Shown here piece by piece: positions 25,721-39,050 of a DNA stretch of 64,000 nt (position 1 is its first letter; each line of letters opens with the position of its first letter). The translations under genes and the position numbers were made by a program. The stretch is from Schmidtea nova. Its lineage: Eukaryota. Location of the stretch: positions 460,040,001 to 460,104,000 of the forward strand of contig CM097882.1 in NCBI GenBank assembly GCA_044892505.1, given 5' to 3'. Under the pieces are notes generated by a model that was not told where the DNA came from, ran no database searches, and was given only the letters and a program-made list of their open reading frames with translations.

Positions 25721-26239
25721 AAGTATAAATAGGCAATTTTTGTTTTGATTTAACAAAAAATAGTTACATATAGTCAAATTCGCACCATACGCACTCTCCT
25801 CAAATGCTATACATCAAAGGAATGGGTTAACACTTGTATTTTGTATATGATACACTGGTCAGACAAAGGGTTTAGCTAGAGTAATAAGAAGCCTCTTCAA
25901 AGACATGATTAACCAAACCTAATGACTAATTTTCACCACGTGTTGAGTATCACTGTGCTAAATAATAGTTGAAAGTAGTAAATTAGTGATATTCTTCGAC
26001 AACCACGTGATGAGCCCAATAAGTAGTGAGACTCTTATAGAAGTAAGTAAATGAAAAAAATCAAACTGTAAATATATATTCAGTCGTGTATATAGATAAA
26101 TATACTGGTATTTTTTAATCAGTTATTTCTTAATTAAGAAATTTTAGCATTTATTTTAAAATGGTCATAGAAAGCGTGCAATATAGTCATGTCATTCATT
26201 TTCTCGTTATGAAAAGCAATATATTTTCAAAACGGATGC

Positions 26240-26782
26240 GTGAATCGGCCCGGGATCTGGCCACTCAAAGACGCGACTCCTGGGATCCTCAATCAAGTAG
26301 CTAGGCAAGCGAAGGTGTGGTGCAATCAATTTAAAACAAAAGCCCCATTTGGAATATGGGCAAATGACACGGAACAATTGATTTATGAAGGAGGACCACA
26401 GTGGCCCTCCAAGCCAATGAGAACCCGAGAACCACGATGGTTCGTTGTCAAGCTAGACAAAGAAAATATCCCTAGGTAGATCATATTTTTTGGAGTGATT
26501 AAGGTGTCAGAATTCAACCGTCTAGGCTAAGTTATGTTAGAAAAGTCTAGGGACATCAAAATCGGAACAGAAATAGAATATTTCAATCTTCCCTTCAGTT
26601 TTCTAGCAGGGAAAAGGACTCGCTCTAAATGGGCCAATTTAATTCATGTACAGGAAGTGTTCCTGTATAAGTCGCACTTATGCTGGACGCCAAACTCGGA
26701 AATGTGTCACTCAACTGGTGTATTGAAGGACGAAGCCAAACAGACGCAAGATTGTTCCGCGATGGGTTTGGTGATGAGATGA
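26240..26782 (+). pseudogene. ORF1 of unclassified element A (unknown protein)
   Basis: Track ORFs 26240-26479 and 26534-26782 are in one frame. The stops at 26477 and 26528 align with W and Y in copy B. 29/72 ungapped identities over the C-terminal part. Confidence 0.8.
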
Positions 26783-27183
26783 GTTGGGACGATGATGTGA
26801 ATGTGATCTTGGAATTTTAGTCTAAAACATTGTTTAATTTTGTTCGTTTGAATTGGTAAAATATAAAATATAGTATTAATTTTGTCGCTTCACTTGTATG
26901 TGGGATGAATGTCTGAATGATTGTATAATGATTTATGGAGAGTTTGTACAGTTAGAAGATTAAGCAACGGAAGTGTATGTTGAATGATGTGAAATGATCG
27001 AGACTGAATTTCATTGCGAGCCGGAAGTCCTGGTGTAGAAAGTATGGAAATCTGATTGAGCGAATAATGAGTGAACTAAACTAAAACGAGATAGGTGCTA
27101 AATTTTATTTAAGAAAATGCGGCGACAGGGGCATAACTAACCACACCAAAACCTAAATACTTCTAAGCAAACTCTTATTCTAG

Positions 27184-27562
27184 ATAGATAGCCTTAAATT
27201 AACGATCGATAAAAGTGCCGAACAGCAACTCCAGCGGAGAAATCAAATGTTAGAAGGACAAATAAACCGATAAGCGTTGGACATGGACGAGTTAAGATGG
27301 ATCGTTGGGTGTCGAGGAGGGTGATCACAGTCGAAACCCAAACGGAGGGCTCAACATTAAGCCCACCCGTGTCGGTAGATGAAGGAATTCCATCCACTAA
27401 TTCGACGACCTTCAAACCAAAAAAAAACGAAATAGACTTGGAGCCAAGAGGCGAAGGGAGAGACACGCATTCGCAGAACGAATACATATCCAAGTGGATC
27501 TGCCGAGCGGGCTATCCGAGAGCCAACTGATAAATCTGATAGACCCCAGCGTGTTCTTGGAA
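27184..27562 (+). pseudogene. ORF2 of unclassified element A (coiled coil + basic motif)
   Basis: QLQRRNQMLEGQINR*ALDMDELR, an internal deletion, RWVSRRVITVETQTE, a frameshift in the A-run near 27420, then KKRNRLGAKRRRER...VDLPSGLSESQLINLIDPSVFLE. Confidence 0.8.
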
Positions 27563-29574
27563 TGCATAAATGTATTTCATACTCTTGAGTTTGTTATTTG
27601 ATGGATGATGAGAGTGCCTGTAATGTATGATGAAAGATAAATTTAATCAAATATTTAAAATGAGGCGACACAAGGAAAAAATCACTAAGACCTTATATCG
27701 GTCAGAATGAACCCATAGGGGCAATAGGAGAGTAGTTATTGCGAGATAGCTCACCTGCCCAACGTGACTAGCAATTAGGGGCAAATCACGGCTACTAGCG
27801 TGGGGTTATAGCTTTTTATGTTGGAGGGGTTACCCTAATCTTTACATCAAGTGAACCCCATGTTGAACATCACCACAACAAGCCAACAAAATATGTCAAG
27901 TCTAAATTTTTTAATTTTGATTTTCAAGTATTATTTTTAACGATTTGAGTGCGGTTTATAAATGAAGTCAAAATAATGTTTTTTACGTAATAAAAAAATA
28001 TATTTTGACATTTTCAAAGTAATAAATGCTCTATGTGAATCATTGAAATCATTGACATTTTCTACCGACAGTTATGCTATAGAAAGTATGTAAATAATTA
28101 GTTATCTATTATTCGTCCATACAAAACTGTCCATAATTTGTTGCCATCTCTTCCAAAATGTATATATTTAGATAAGAAAGTTTTATAAATTTGAATAAAA
28201 TATAGCTAATAATTATTCGGTGGAAACAAATAATATAAAAAATTTCTGACTACCATATCCACAGATTACTCACGATTAAAACTGAATTAAGAAATTTGTA
28301 CAAATGAATTCATAAGTTAATTAGCGTTGAACTATTTTTCATTTTATTTAAATAGCATTTAATATAATTCAACAAAATTAAATTTTATCTCCCATGTGTA
28401 AAATAAATTTTGACTGGTATACTTAAATGTGAAATAAAATTTTGAATCTATTTTTTAATGACATTATTTTGAATTTTATAAAACTTGAAACCATTGAAGT
28501 ATATGAAATTGGTTTTAATGATGGTTCTTTTCTTTAGCTATAATTTTAACGTTCATCAATTAAAGTTATATTTTTTGTTGCCAAATAGCTTCTGATCATT
28601 AAATTCTTAAGAATATTCACAAATCTCTGATACAGCGTTTATCAAGTATCAGTGCTAAACTTTTGTGGTTATAATTAATAATTTATTGCTTGATTTAAGT
28701 CTGGTACTGTGGTTCCCATCTGTTTTACTATTGCGACTTTTCGATAACATTTTCTTATTTAGTGTATGTATCCCAATTAAAGTATATATTGAGTTTTCGA
28801 TGTTTTACTCACATGATGTCCTATATAAATAATAAGACAAATAATGTTTCGAGAAAAAATTATTAATTAGCAAAATTGTATACATACAAATAAATATTTA
28901 CCATGACCAAATAATTAGATTTTTTTATATAGTTTTTCTATATTAAGTGACCCTTGATTTATATCCTTAATTGTAGTTACCTTAGCTAGATTATGTAATC
29001 TTTTTGCTCGAAATTATGCTTGCAAAGTTACTAACTTGAAGCTGTTCTTAAGCGAACATTTTATTGGGTGATTTGACTGAAAAATCAGTCAGTTTATATA
29101 CTAATTTTTAATTACTTAATCTGCCAATAACGTTTGTTATTATTCCACTTGAGTTAATTAAAAATAAAATTCTTTTCATAACAGAATTGTTTATTAACCT
29201 TGCAATTGAAAATATAATTTTATTTTACTGACCTTTGTAGGTCATAAATATAATTTATTTTAATAAAATGTAAAAATTTATTTTATTTTTATTATTATGG
29301 TTCATTTCTTCTAATTAAAATATATAAAATAAAATAATAACCATTTTCCAAATAATTTAAAAATAAAATTAATAAACATACAAATACAAAATCACAGTGT
29401 TTTTCAAATACAGTTTTTAAAAATAAGATGCAATACAAATTCAAATTACTAATAATTGGTTGGGCTTCAGCGTCATCATATATTGTCCATTTCTTTACGT
29501 TTACGTTTACTTTGTACGTGCTTGGTCCCGTATCTAACATATACATTAAAACCTTTTATACATTAAAACTATTT

Positions 29575-29712
29575 GTATTGTTCCCCGAGGTTCAGGAGTG
29601 ACTAGAAATTCCCCTCTATTGCTCCTACTACAAATTTCTGCAGACTCAGCTGACCCTTCACAAATCCTCTGGTGACCAACTCTGTGGTCGCGATCCACAG
29701 ATTAAGAATCGC
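29575..29712. mobile_element. hAT-type MITE fragment; related inverted copy at ~45030-45200
   Basis: Charlie-like end GGTCGCGATCCACAGATTAAGAATCGC. Internal CTACAAATTTCTGCAGACTCAG matches the reverse complement of CTGAGTTGCAGAAATCTGTAG near 45048. Confidence 0.5.
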
Positions 29713-31494
29713 AGATTTAGCAAAATAACCATTTTTATTTAATGATAAGAAATGAAATTAGAAATTTACCTGTTAAATTAAATTAGTTTAACTGTTTTTT
29801 TTCAATTAAAAGTCCAAGATTTAAGATATATTTTTTTAGATATGTCTTCGTTTTCAATTACTCCTATATCTTTCAACCATTTATATATTAATTATTATAT
29901 CAATCTGTAATATACTTGAATATACTAATGATAACAAAAATGCTCAGTCTTCAAAATAATTTATTTTATTTTTAAAACCCCATAGATATACAAAATAACG
30001 TTAAAATATCTAAATATAGGGTTTCTTCAATGTACTATTACATGATAATAATTCAGTTGTTTTTTTTGTGATAATCACAAGTTATGGATATATTGTCTTC
30101 TAAAATTACATTTGTAAACAATCTGGTGAAAATAATGCAAAAATTTTATTCATAACAAAATGTATGTTGATAAAAATTGTGTGGAAAATACATCAATAAG
30201 ATTCATTTATATAAACCAAAGAAATTATAGTTTCCATAATATTAATTATCATTGAAATATTTTTTACTTTAAAAATAAGTATTTTTTATCAATATGAAAT
30301 TACATTTAAATTATGGATATTTTATAAACACAGGGAACAAATAAAAAAAATATTCAAAAGAATAAAAAAACCGTAAAATCAACAAACTGTTTTTTTCATT
30401 TCATTATTTAATATAATGTTTCTATATTATTAAATGCTTGCTTTATACTCGTGCTTCTCAAAATTTTGTGATCGCGGTCAATTCAGGTCCGTTTGCGGTT
30501 TATTCAGAGACCCATTAGTCTTTTTTAACTTACTTTTAAAGATAGGTCATATTTTATTGCCAAAGATAAGAAAAAGTACCACATCCACGACCTATGACCC
30601 AACCATAAGCAGTACTTAGCATGAAGAAACTAGATTCTATATTTATTTTGAAAAATTCCGTGACTCACTTTGATAGAGGCTGCTTTATACAATTATTTTA
30701 ATTTGCTTTGTATTGATGAGTTCACATTTTTATAAAATAAACACAAAATATCGTACAAGAAAGAATAAAAAATATCCAAAATTAGATTTCATCTGTTATT
30801 TTTGTAAATATATATATTATTACCATATTAATCCATCAAGAAATTGCTGCTAAGTTATTAGGTATTTTTTAATATTATACTTATTAAAAAATATGATGCC
30901 AAAAATAAACATTCTTACTGTTATTAATATATTTATTTACAACATTTCTTTCAAAAACTATATTCAACGATACGTTTATCTCCATACAAAATTGTTGTCA
31001 GTCATTTGTTATAGTATCAAGCTCATTTTTTGTAGCTGATGAATTGTGGACTTTGTAGTGGATATTTTAACATTTTAACTGTATTTAATAAAGTCTTTTT
31101 TATTTTTCTTCTAATTATCTTTGTAATACGGGGTGTAATATTAATTACTATGGAAATTATATTTAAGAAGTTCTTTTGAGTATTTTACCACTACTACGTA
31201 TAATATACTTCATTTAATTGCTATCTCCACTAAAAAGCATTCAGTTTTTATTTCATATTGACAGTATTCTACTGCTTATGCAATATTTCTTTTCTTTTCA
31301 AATACATTTTTAAGAAAAGTTCTAACACGGAAGACAACGAATAGTACACACAGACATGCTCATCATATACTTATTATGATAAAATATGCACAAATGAAAA
31401 GACAATAAATATATTTTACATGTTTTAAAAAATTATTCGTTAAATTTATTAAAATTAAATCATTCGTTTTAATTTTAACTTTGATTTATTTAAG

Positions 31495-31592
31495 CGTCCG
31501 CATCGGAAAATACTGCTTCAAATTGTGGGAATGACGAAGACAACGTTAATGATTTATCCGACAATGCAGATATGGAAGATTTAAATACCAAG
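31495..31592 (+). CDS. onecut: onecut 98-nt exon ending at the start of the CUT domain
   Basis: TTTAAG|CG...GATTTAAATACCAAG|GTTAG encodes SASENTASNCGNDEDNVNDLSDNADMEDLNTK, which joins in phase 0 to DLAQRISAELKR (cf. vertebrate EEINTKEVAQRI). Confidence 0.9.
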
Positions 31593-31799
31593 GTTAGCAA
31601 TCTTTTGAATTGATAATAAAAACTTTACTTATTTGATTTTAAAATTTGTGACTAAAATCATTATGATAATGAAAAAATGTTCAGTGTTAAGAATTTTCAA
31701 ATCTTAAAGTTAAAAAATTTTCATTGATCAAAATTCATTGAAATACGTTTTGAACAATCATATTTATTGACAGAATACTTAAATATTATTTTTATCTTT

Positions 31800-32180
31800 T
31801 ATTTTTTTACCCTTAATCTCTTTTTTCTATTTCAGAAATTTTCATTTTTTTGTTTAACTACTACAGATCAAAATTGTTTTTATTAGCACACAAATTTTCG
31901 GTACAGCCTTTTTCAAGTGCGCCTTTCAAATACATACTTAAAAAATGCTGAGCTGGAAATTATGCGCTATAAACAATTTCGATCTACAGTTTTTATATAT
32001 AACAAAATGAAAATTTGAAATAGGATATTTAAAATTTTCAATTAAAAATGTTTTCTTGTTTCCTTTGATTTTTATTAGAAGGTATAAAAGATCTTTGTTA
32101 ATATAATTTTATTTTCCGTAAAAATTTTGATCTAGTCATTATGAGAATTATTGATAATAATAATAATAATAATAATAGTA
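31800..32180. repeat. Foldback/palindromic repeat family copy (diverged left and right arms)
   Basis: AGATCAAAATT...CGGTACAGCCTT arm at 31864, and inverted arm AAAATTTTGATCTAGTCATTATGAGAATTATTGATAAT at ~32120. Confidence 0.7.
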
Positions 32181-32305
32181 ATATTGTGTTGAAAAAGAAA
32201 CCAGACAAAATAAAAATAAACAAAATAGTCAATAATATATCAAATATGAAGAAGATAAAAGATTTCAAGGAAGTAATATAATATGCATACACGACATTTC
32301 AATTA

Positions 32306-32492
32306 CAGTAATCCCTCCAATTGCGCGGTAGATACGTTCTTTAAAACCAGCGCGCAAACCAAAGCCGTGCACTCTGAACCCCATTTGTATGAAATTATGG
32401 GGTTAAGTTCCATATATTAGACAGATGGAGGGAATACTGTATTCGAAAATTTGGGCGTTCAATTGAAAATCGCGCAGACGGAGGGGTTACTG
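32306..32492. mobile_element. Tigger-type MITE with two right termini
   Basis: TA-CAGTAATCCCTCC, with GGAGGGAATACTG-TA ending at 32439 and GGAGGGGTTACTG-TA ending at 32492. Confidence 0.75.
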
Positions 32493-35331
32493 TATTGAAA
32501 TGTTAAGATTTTTTCTAATACTGTTTTGTCAATGCAAAATAAAAATATGATAGTTACATGGTTGTTTTTTATCTGAATTTTTTTGATTAAAATTTAGATT
32601 CTATCCCATCACAAAAACTTACCGTGTGTCACATCAGAGAAATAAATTTATTGATTATGTTGATTATTTGAGCAATTTCACGATCTAATAAACAAGAAAT
32701 TTGTTGACATTATGTGCAGAATTTATTATCATGATTGGTAATAAAAATACACCAAATAAAATATAAGTTCCATGAGTAAACTTCATTTACATGTGTGAAA
32801 AATCGGCCATTTTATCTTTCGAATAATTTTGTGTTTCAAAGTCATGATAAATGATACAGCTAAATATCAAATTCAGTGAAAGTTTCTCTAATTCATTAAG
32901 TCCAATTTTTAATCAAATTTTTTTTATTCATAATTGATTTAACACAACAGACCTCAATATTGCTCTAGATACAATTTTTACCATTTTAGAATGCCTTTCT
33001 AACTTGCCTATTTACAAGATTGTTGGACTCAAAAGGCGCGTTCTGAATGACATACATATAATAATAAACATTTATATTTTTAGTATATTAGTACACATAC
33101 AGATTTACTAGGATTATTGGGAATGTGAAGTTTTATATATTGAAAATTTTGATGTATTTTAAAATTTGACATTAAGTACAATAATAATTTTAATATTCTC
33201 AACATCAATAAGTAACATTTCTATAGGATATAATGTCACAGTAATGGGACTCTTTGATTATTTTACTTTCCAATATATGGGATGCGTTAGATAATATTAG
33301 AAAGAATAAAAGACAGATTATTTTAAATCTATATTAACTCGATGAAATGTCAATACAGATAGAAACAAATCAATACCGAGCTCTTTCAGATATTTTTTTT
33401 GGGATGGGAAGCACCATAAAAAACCTTAATTTTATCATTGATTCCTCATCAAAAAAAATCCATTGATTCTTAATCATTTTCAGTTCTAGGAGTTCTAAGA
33501 CATTTAAAATATATTAATTGTTTTTTTTTCAATAACTTACGACTTAATAAAGTCTGTATCGAAATTTTTGGTATTATATTTAATTTAATTTATTGATCTA
33601 TTGTCATGGGAAATAAAAGAAATAAGCCTTCTTTTTTGCAATACAATTTGAATTACATTTCGTGTTCTCATTTTCTACAGTTACTTTGGAACTAAAGTTA
33701 TTGAATATTTATTAAGGGTTTTATCCCAAAAATATTATTTCTAAGAGATTTACCTATTATAATTTCCATTTATAAATTTTTTATTCAATATAAACTTCTC
33801 TTTTTTAAATCGCAAAATAATAAAATGAATCTCGTTTTCTTTCTTGAAATAGATGTAACATAATTTATAAAAATAAATAGCGAATGAAAATATAATAAAT
33901 TTGTTTATCAAGTAATTTTTCTATCATTTTCAAATAGATTAAATGTAATATTTTAGAGGAAAATGTGCGATTAATCAGCATTAGTTCATTCTAAAAAATT
34001 GCCTACAGTTGTCTGTAATTCGTAACGGTAACGGTAATTGTCAATACAATTATATTATTCAAACTGATATTTTATTGCATATTAAAATTTGACCTCTCAA
34101 TGTGAATATCGATTTATTGCGTGCTGAAAGGGAGATAGCGTGCAGTATCCATTATTTTTTCCATTTGATGGCTATTTAATGGATAAAGGAGATTCTTATA
34201 TAGGAGCTTAAGACTAATTAATTTCGATATCTAAACATATTATATTTCTAATTAAATGTAAATTTATCCCCTACAATTAATGTTCAATCAGCAACAAATT
34301 TATTTATTATTTAAATCATTCATTAAACCAGTGGCTCTCAAAGTGGGCGATACCGATCAAAATATTTATCAACTATTTTTCGTTTTCGATTATTTATTAA
34401 AAATATTCCATTATTTTTTTCGTTATTAATATTTTTCTATTGTTAATGTTTTTACTATACCAATAACACTGTCAAAATGACATTAACAATGACTTTAAAA
34501 TAACTTCAGCTACCGCCATTGAGCATCAGATATTCAGATGCTAATATATTTGGTTTACTTGGTATTTTTGAGTTCACAATGATTCAAATATGCTATTATT
34601 TATCTGCTTTATACTCAATCTTTCATCTGCGACTACACATTTTTGATAAATTGAAATGAAAATATTATTTATGATTTTCTCAATATGTTAAACCCACATT
34701 AAATATTGAATTTGTAATTGCATACTTGTTTTCAATGCATCATCGATGTTTTATTAACAATTTAAGTTTTCTATAAATTTATGCATTATATTAGCATTTT
34801 ATGAAATAATTTAGGCTTTTATTGTATGCATTTTCCCAGTAAAATAACCATGCTTACAATTCAAACATTTTTGAAATCCAACTTATCATCTTTGCATATC
34901 TTAACAATATTACTTTATATTTTGTATATTTTTCATTTTTACTTTAATGCTAATATGAAAAAATACAAAAATGTATTGAATATAGTCATTTTTATCAATA
35001 CAACAATCCAATCAGAGACCATACATAGACCAGATAGTCACGCCTTTCAATCTTCAATTCTAGAATATCAATCCAAATTCTTTGAAATCAATGAATCAAA
35101 CTTCTTCAATCTCTTTAAATAAATACATTTCCATACTTTCAAAAAATACAGGAACAACCAAAAGATAATAATTTTTCTCCAGTACATACAGGGTTTCTCA
35201 AAAATTTTAATCCGTTTGTCAAATGTCTTAATCCATTTTTCAAAAGTCGTCATCATTTTTTCAAAAGTCATAATATAACAAACATGGAAATGAAATATTT
35301 AAAAACATCAATCCAAAATTATATTCTACAA

Positions 35332-35401
<70 letters not shown>
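35332..35401. repeat. (AAT)n microsatellite
   Basis: About 23 perfect AAT units. Confidence 0.95.
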
Positions 35402-35594
35402 TCATAATTATCTTTTTTCACCTTTGATCTTTTTTTATTATTATTATCAATAATTCTCATAATGACTATAGATCAAAATTTTTTTTTATAAACAATAACA
35501 CAAAATTTCGGCACAGCCTTTATCAAGTGTGTATTTGATAAAGGCTGTGCCAAAATATTGTGTTATTGTTTATAAAAAAAAATTTTGATCTAGT
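35401..35594. repeat. Foldback family copy with a near-perfect 58-bp-arm palindrome
   Basis: 35469-35526 vs 35535-35592 match as inverted repeats at 56/58, with an 8-nt loop. Runs into an N gap. Confidence 0.9.
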
Positions 35595-35894
35595 NNNNNN
35601 NNNNNNNNNNNNNNNNNNNNNNNNNNNNNNNNNNNNNNNNNNNNNNNNNNNNNNNNNNNNNNNNNNNNNNNNNNNNNNNNNNNNNNNNNNNNNNNNNNNN
35701 NNNNNNNNNNNNNNNNNNNNNNNNNNNNNNNNNNNNNNNNNNNNNNNNNNNNNNNNNNNNNNNNNNNNNNNNNNNNNNNNNNNNNNNNNNNNNNNNNNNN
35801 NNNNNNNNNNNNNNNNNNNNNNNNNNNNNNNNNNNNNNNNNNNNNNNNNNNNNNNNNNNNNNNNNNNNNNNNNNNNNNNNNNNNNNNNNNNNNN

Positions 35895-36878
35895 ATACTT
35901 AAAGTTTTTATTCAATTTGAATAATGATGAATGTCTTAATATAGAATATTAAAACAAATCATTATTAAATATATAACATTCTTCCCCTCTAGGTTAAGTA
36001 TCGTGACGGTACTTTTACTTGTCTTCCAGATCGGGTAGTCGATTCGCTTCCTGCTGGTTCTGTTGACGACAAACTGTCTTCAAATGTAGTCTCGGAATAC
36101 CCTAACGTTTCTTGGGTGTCTTTCCCACTTTCAAGCTCTGTACCGGTCGTATCAGCTGAGCTATTTGAACATGGTGCAAGGTGACTCGTCGATACTGTGT
36201 CTGTCCTTCCATCTCTGTGTTGTACTCTTGCATAGTACGGCGATATTGTCTCGATCAGTTTGACTTCATCGACAAGTGGATCATTTTTATAGCGAATGTG
36301 GCGTTTTAGTAGGATGTTTTGATCAGTATTTCGTAGAAATTCTGGTAAATCACATCCAATTACGGACGCTCGATCAAATTTAAACATTCGATCGTGAGGT
36401 GTCGAATTAGTAGAGACGCACAGCAGTGATCTCATTGATGAAAGGGATTCGTCCAATACTTTTTCCCAATGCTCCTTGCTCATATTGTTTTCCTTTAGGG
36501 CTAAGTTTATCGTTTTCAATAGAATTCCGTTAATTCTTTCGCATTGACCGTTACCTTGAGGATGATAAGGCGTTGCACGTGTTTTCGCCACTCCGTGTTT
36601 AATTAAAAAGTCATTGAATTGTCTGCTTTCGAATTGTGCTCCTCTGTCGCTATGTACGGACGAAGGTGAACCAAACAAGGTAAATAAACTGAACATGTGT
36701 TTTATTACGGTGTCAGAATCGACGTTAGCACAAGGAAAGGCAAAAGGGTACCTGGAATATTCGTCGACAACGACGAGCAAGAAACGATTAGATGTTGTGC
36801 TTTGTAGAGGTCCCACAAAGTCGATTGAAATTCTATCCCAGGGTTTCATTGATGAGATTTACCAGAATTTCTACGAAA
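35895..36878 (-). mobile_element. Gypsy fragment 2: uninterrupted integrase core/C-terminus, PPT and start of 3' LTR
   Basis: ORF 35989-36849: ISIDFVGP, HSDRGAQFES, YHPQGNGQCERIN (DDE) and C-terminal TRSGRQVKVPSRY. PPT AGAGGGGAAGAA is followed by TGTTATATA (LTR start at 35978). Bounded by two gaps. Confidence 0.9.
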
Positions 36879-38929
36879 NNNNNNNNNNNNNNNNNNNNNN
36901 NNNNNNNNNNNNNNNNNNNNNNNNNNNNNNNNNNNNNNNNNNNNNNNNNNNNNNNNNNNNNNNNNNNNNNNNNNNNNNNNNNNNNNNNNNNNNNNNNNNN
37001 NNNNNNNNNNNNNNNNNNNNNNNNNNNNNNNNNNNNNNNNNNNNNNNNNNTAGAACGATATTTAAAAATTGTATTTCCTATAAAAAATTAATTGATTTGC
37101 TTTTTCAACGAAATGAATAATAAGAAATGCCATTCTAAACCCTAAATGACCTGTAAATATTCATTTGGCAAATGTTAGGTATTTGATTGGTATTTTTATT
37201 TAGCTGTTCTAAATCAACCAGACACCAGGTACACAGAAAATTGTTTTAGTTTTATTTAAATGACAGTTTTATTTGAATTTTGTTTATTTTTTCTAGACTA
37301 ATTAAAAGTTGGTTTATAAAGTCAAATTTTGTTCAAAGTTTTTATATGATGTAGATTACTGAATAAAAATGTTTTGTTAATAAAAATTAGCAACTAAGGC
37401 CTTCAATACACTTTTTATAATATTAAAATTTTACACATGATGCTATTTAAAAATTTATAATTACATTTATGATGATTAGTAATATTATTATTAACTAGCT
37501 CTATATAAAGTCCGTTTTTTGAATTTATATAAAATTAAATATAGGTGGCGACGGACCGACAGTGGCCTTTTATAAATGTATAAATAAATAAATATATTAA
37601 GTGACTGTTATAATTAATCAAACTTATTAAATAAAAATGACAATTAGCAAACTACTAACCGGGTTTCTTATTTACTGGAATTAACTCAATTATTGACTTT
37701 CAACTGAAACAATATCTTACACTCTCTTTTTTGAGAATATTCTTATAAATTACTCGATTTAAATTCTAATAATTAATCACTGTACTCACATGGGTACACT
37801 TGTTAAAGGCGTGATTTCATGTTCAATAGTATATTTCGAGAAACTCCTTAATGATAATGGAACCTATATGAATAATTGACAGATGAAGGTAAAAACTCAA
37901 TACGAAAAAATATTTCTCAGTAACGAAACGGATTTAGTTAAAGTGGAAAGCAATAATAACGAAATAACTGTTTCACGCAGCTAGTTTTCTTTTGGGCGTT
38001 AATGGGTTAAATTCGCATTTTTTGGTTTTAACATGCAGTCTTCATTAACTCTATCACCATTATGTTTGTCATTGCGATCAATTTTATCACTGATTACATA
38101 TTTACATCTTTATTTCATCTGGTTTATATTCAATTTTTATTTTAAAATAATTTGAATATTAAAACTCTAATATTTTGCATAGCTACAGTAAATTAATTTT
38201 CAAGACTTATTAAGTTTATAATTGTTGAATTTTTTTAACAGAATTAGTTAAATATTTATTTTTCTAAGCTGATAATATTTAAATTTAGAACTTTTTATGT
38301 AATTTCAACATTTGGAAAAAATCAATTTTCGAGTGTCGTTTGTTAAGAAATGTTTAATTTAATTAGTCAATTGATTGTGTTGATAATTCATAAAGTGTAA
38401 ATAAATGTAGCAATTTACTTCTTATTAAGCATATGATTCCCCGTTAGAAATATACATTGATTGAAACAAACGATATTTAATCAATAATGTCGTTCCATGT
38501 TTTATTTTATTAAAATAGACCAGAGAGGAATTTTAATTATGATTTAACTAATTAAAAACAGGCTATTTGACCTACAATGAAAGTCTAAGAACAACCCCAA
38601 TGTTATAAAAGTTTCGATTTTAAATATGTTTCTTCGTGTAACAATGAACAAATTTTAAATACAATTTTTTACATATTGCACTTTTTTTGTTACTACCACC
38701 AACCAAAGTCAGCGTTGAACGTTTATTTTCAGCTCTTCGTATAATCAACTCCACCTGTACGATATTTTGAGAGTTAAGATTTGAGGTTATTCTCTTTTTA
38801 GAACGAATTCTGCTTTATTAAATTTCATTCAATCTATTTTTAATATTATATATTTCATATCTATAATGATATTCTGTATAGTATCAAATATTGATGTACT
38901 ATGTTTGTTTTCATTTTTTTCAGAGAATA

Positions 38930-39050
38930 GATCAACAATATTTAAAAAAGGCAGTGCCGAAAATTTGTGTTGAATTGAAAAAGAAAAAAATAAATTGTGA
39001 TCTATTGTTTGAAAAAATTGAAATTAACCGAAATGGTAAAATAATAAAAA
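38930..39050. repeat. Diverged right-arm copy of the foldback family
   Basis: AAAGGCAGTGCCGAAAATTTGTGTT...GTGATCTA resembles the right arm at 35540-35592. Confidence 0.6.

Larger units (their letters stand above)
26230..27888 (+). mobile_element. Unclassified two-ORF element, copy A (5' truncated), in onecut intron 1
   Basis: Collinear with 59507-63661: ORF1, then ORF2, then a conserved non-coding terminus ending ...CCAACA. Confidence 0.75.

Noticed and set aside
27688-27888. Hammerhead ribozyme in the conserved terminus (Penelope/Terminon hypothesis)
   Set aside because: No CTGATGA...GAAA core was seen by eye on either strand in the three copies. A covariance-model search is still needed to exclude other ribozymes.
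35068-35271. Heptad-like ORF MTFEKMMTTFEKW
   Set aside because: Produced by an imperfect ~21-bp tandem repeat, with no splice or homology support.
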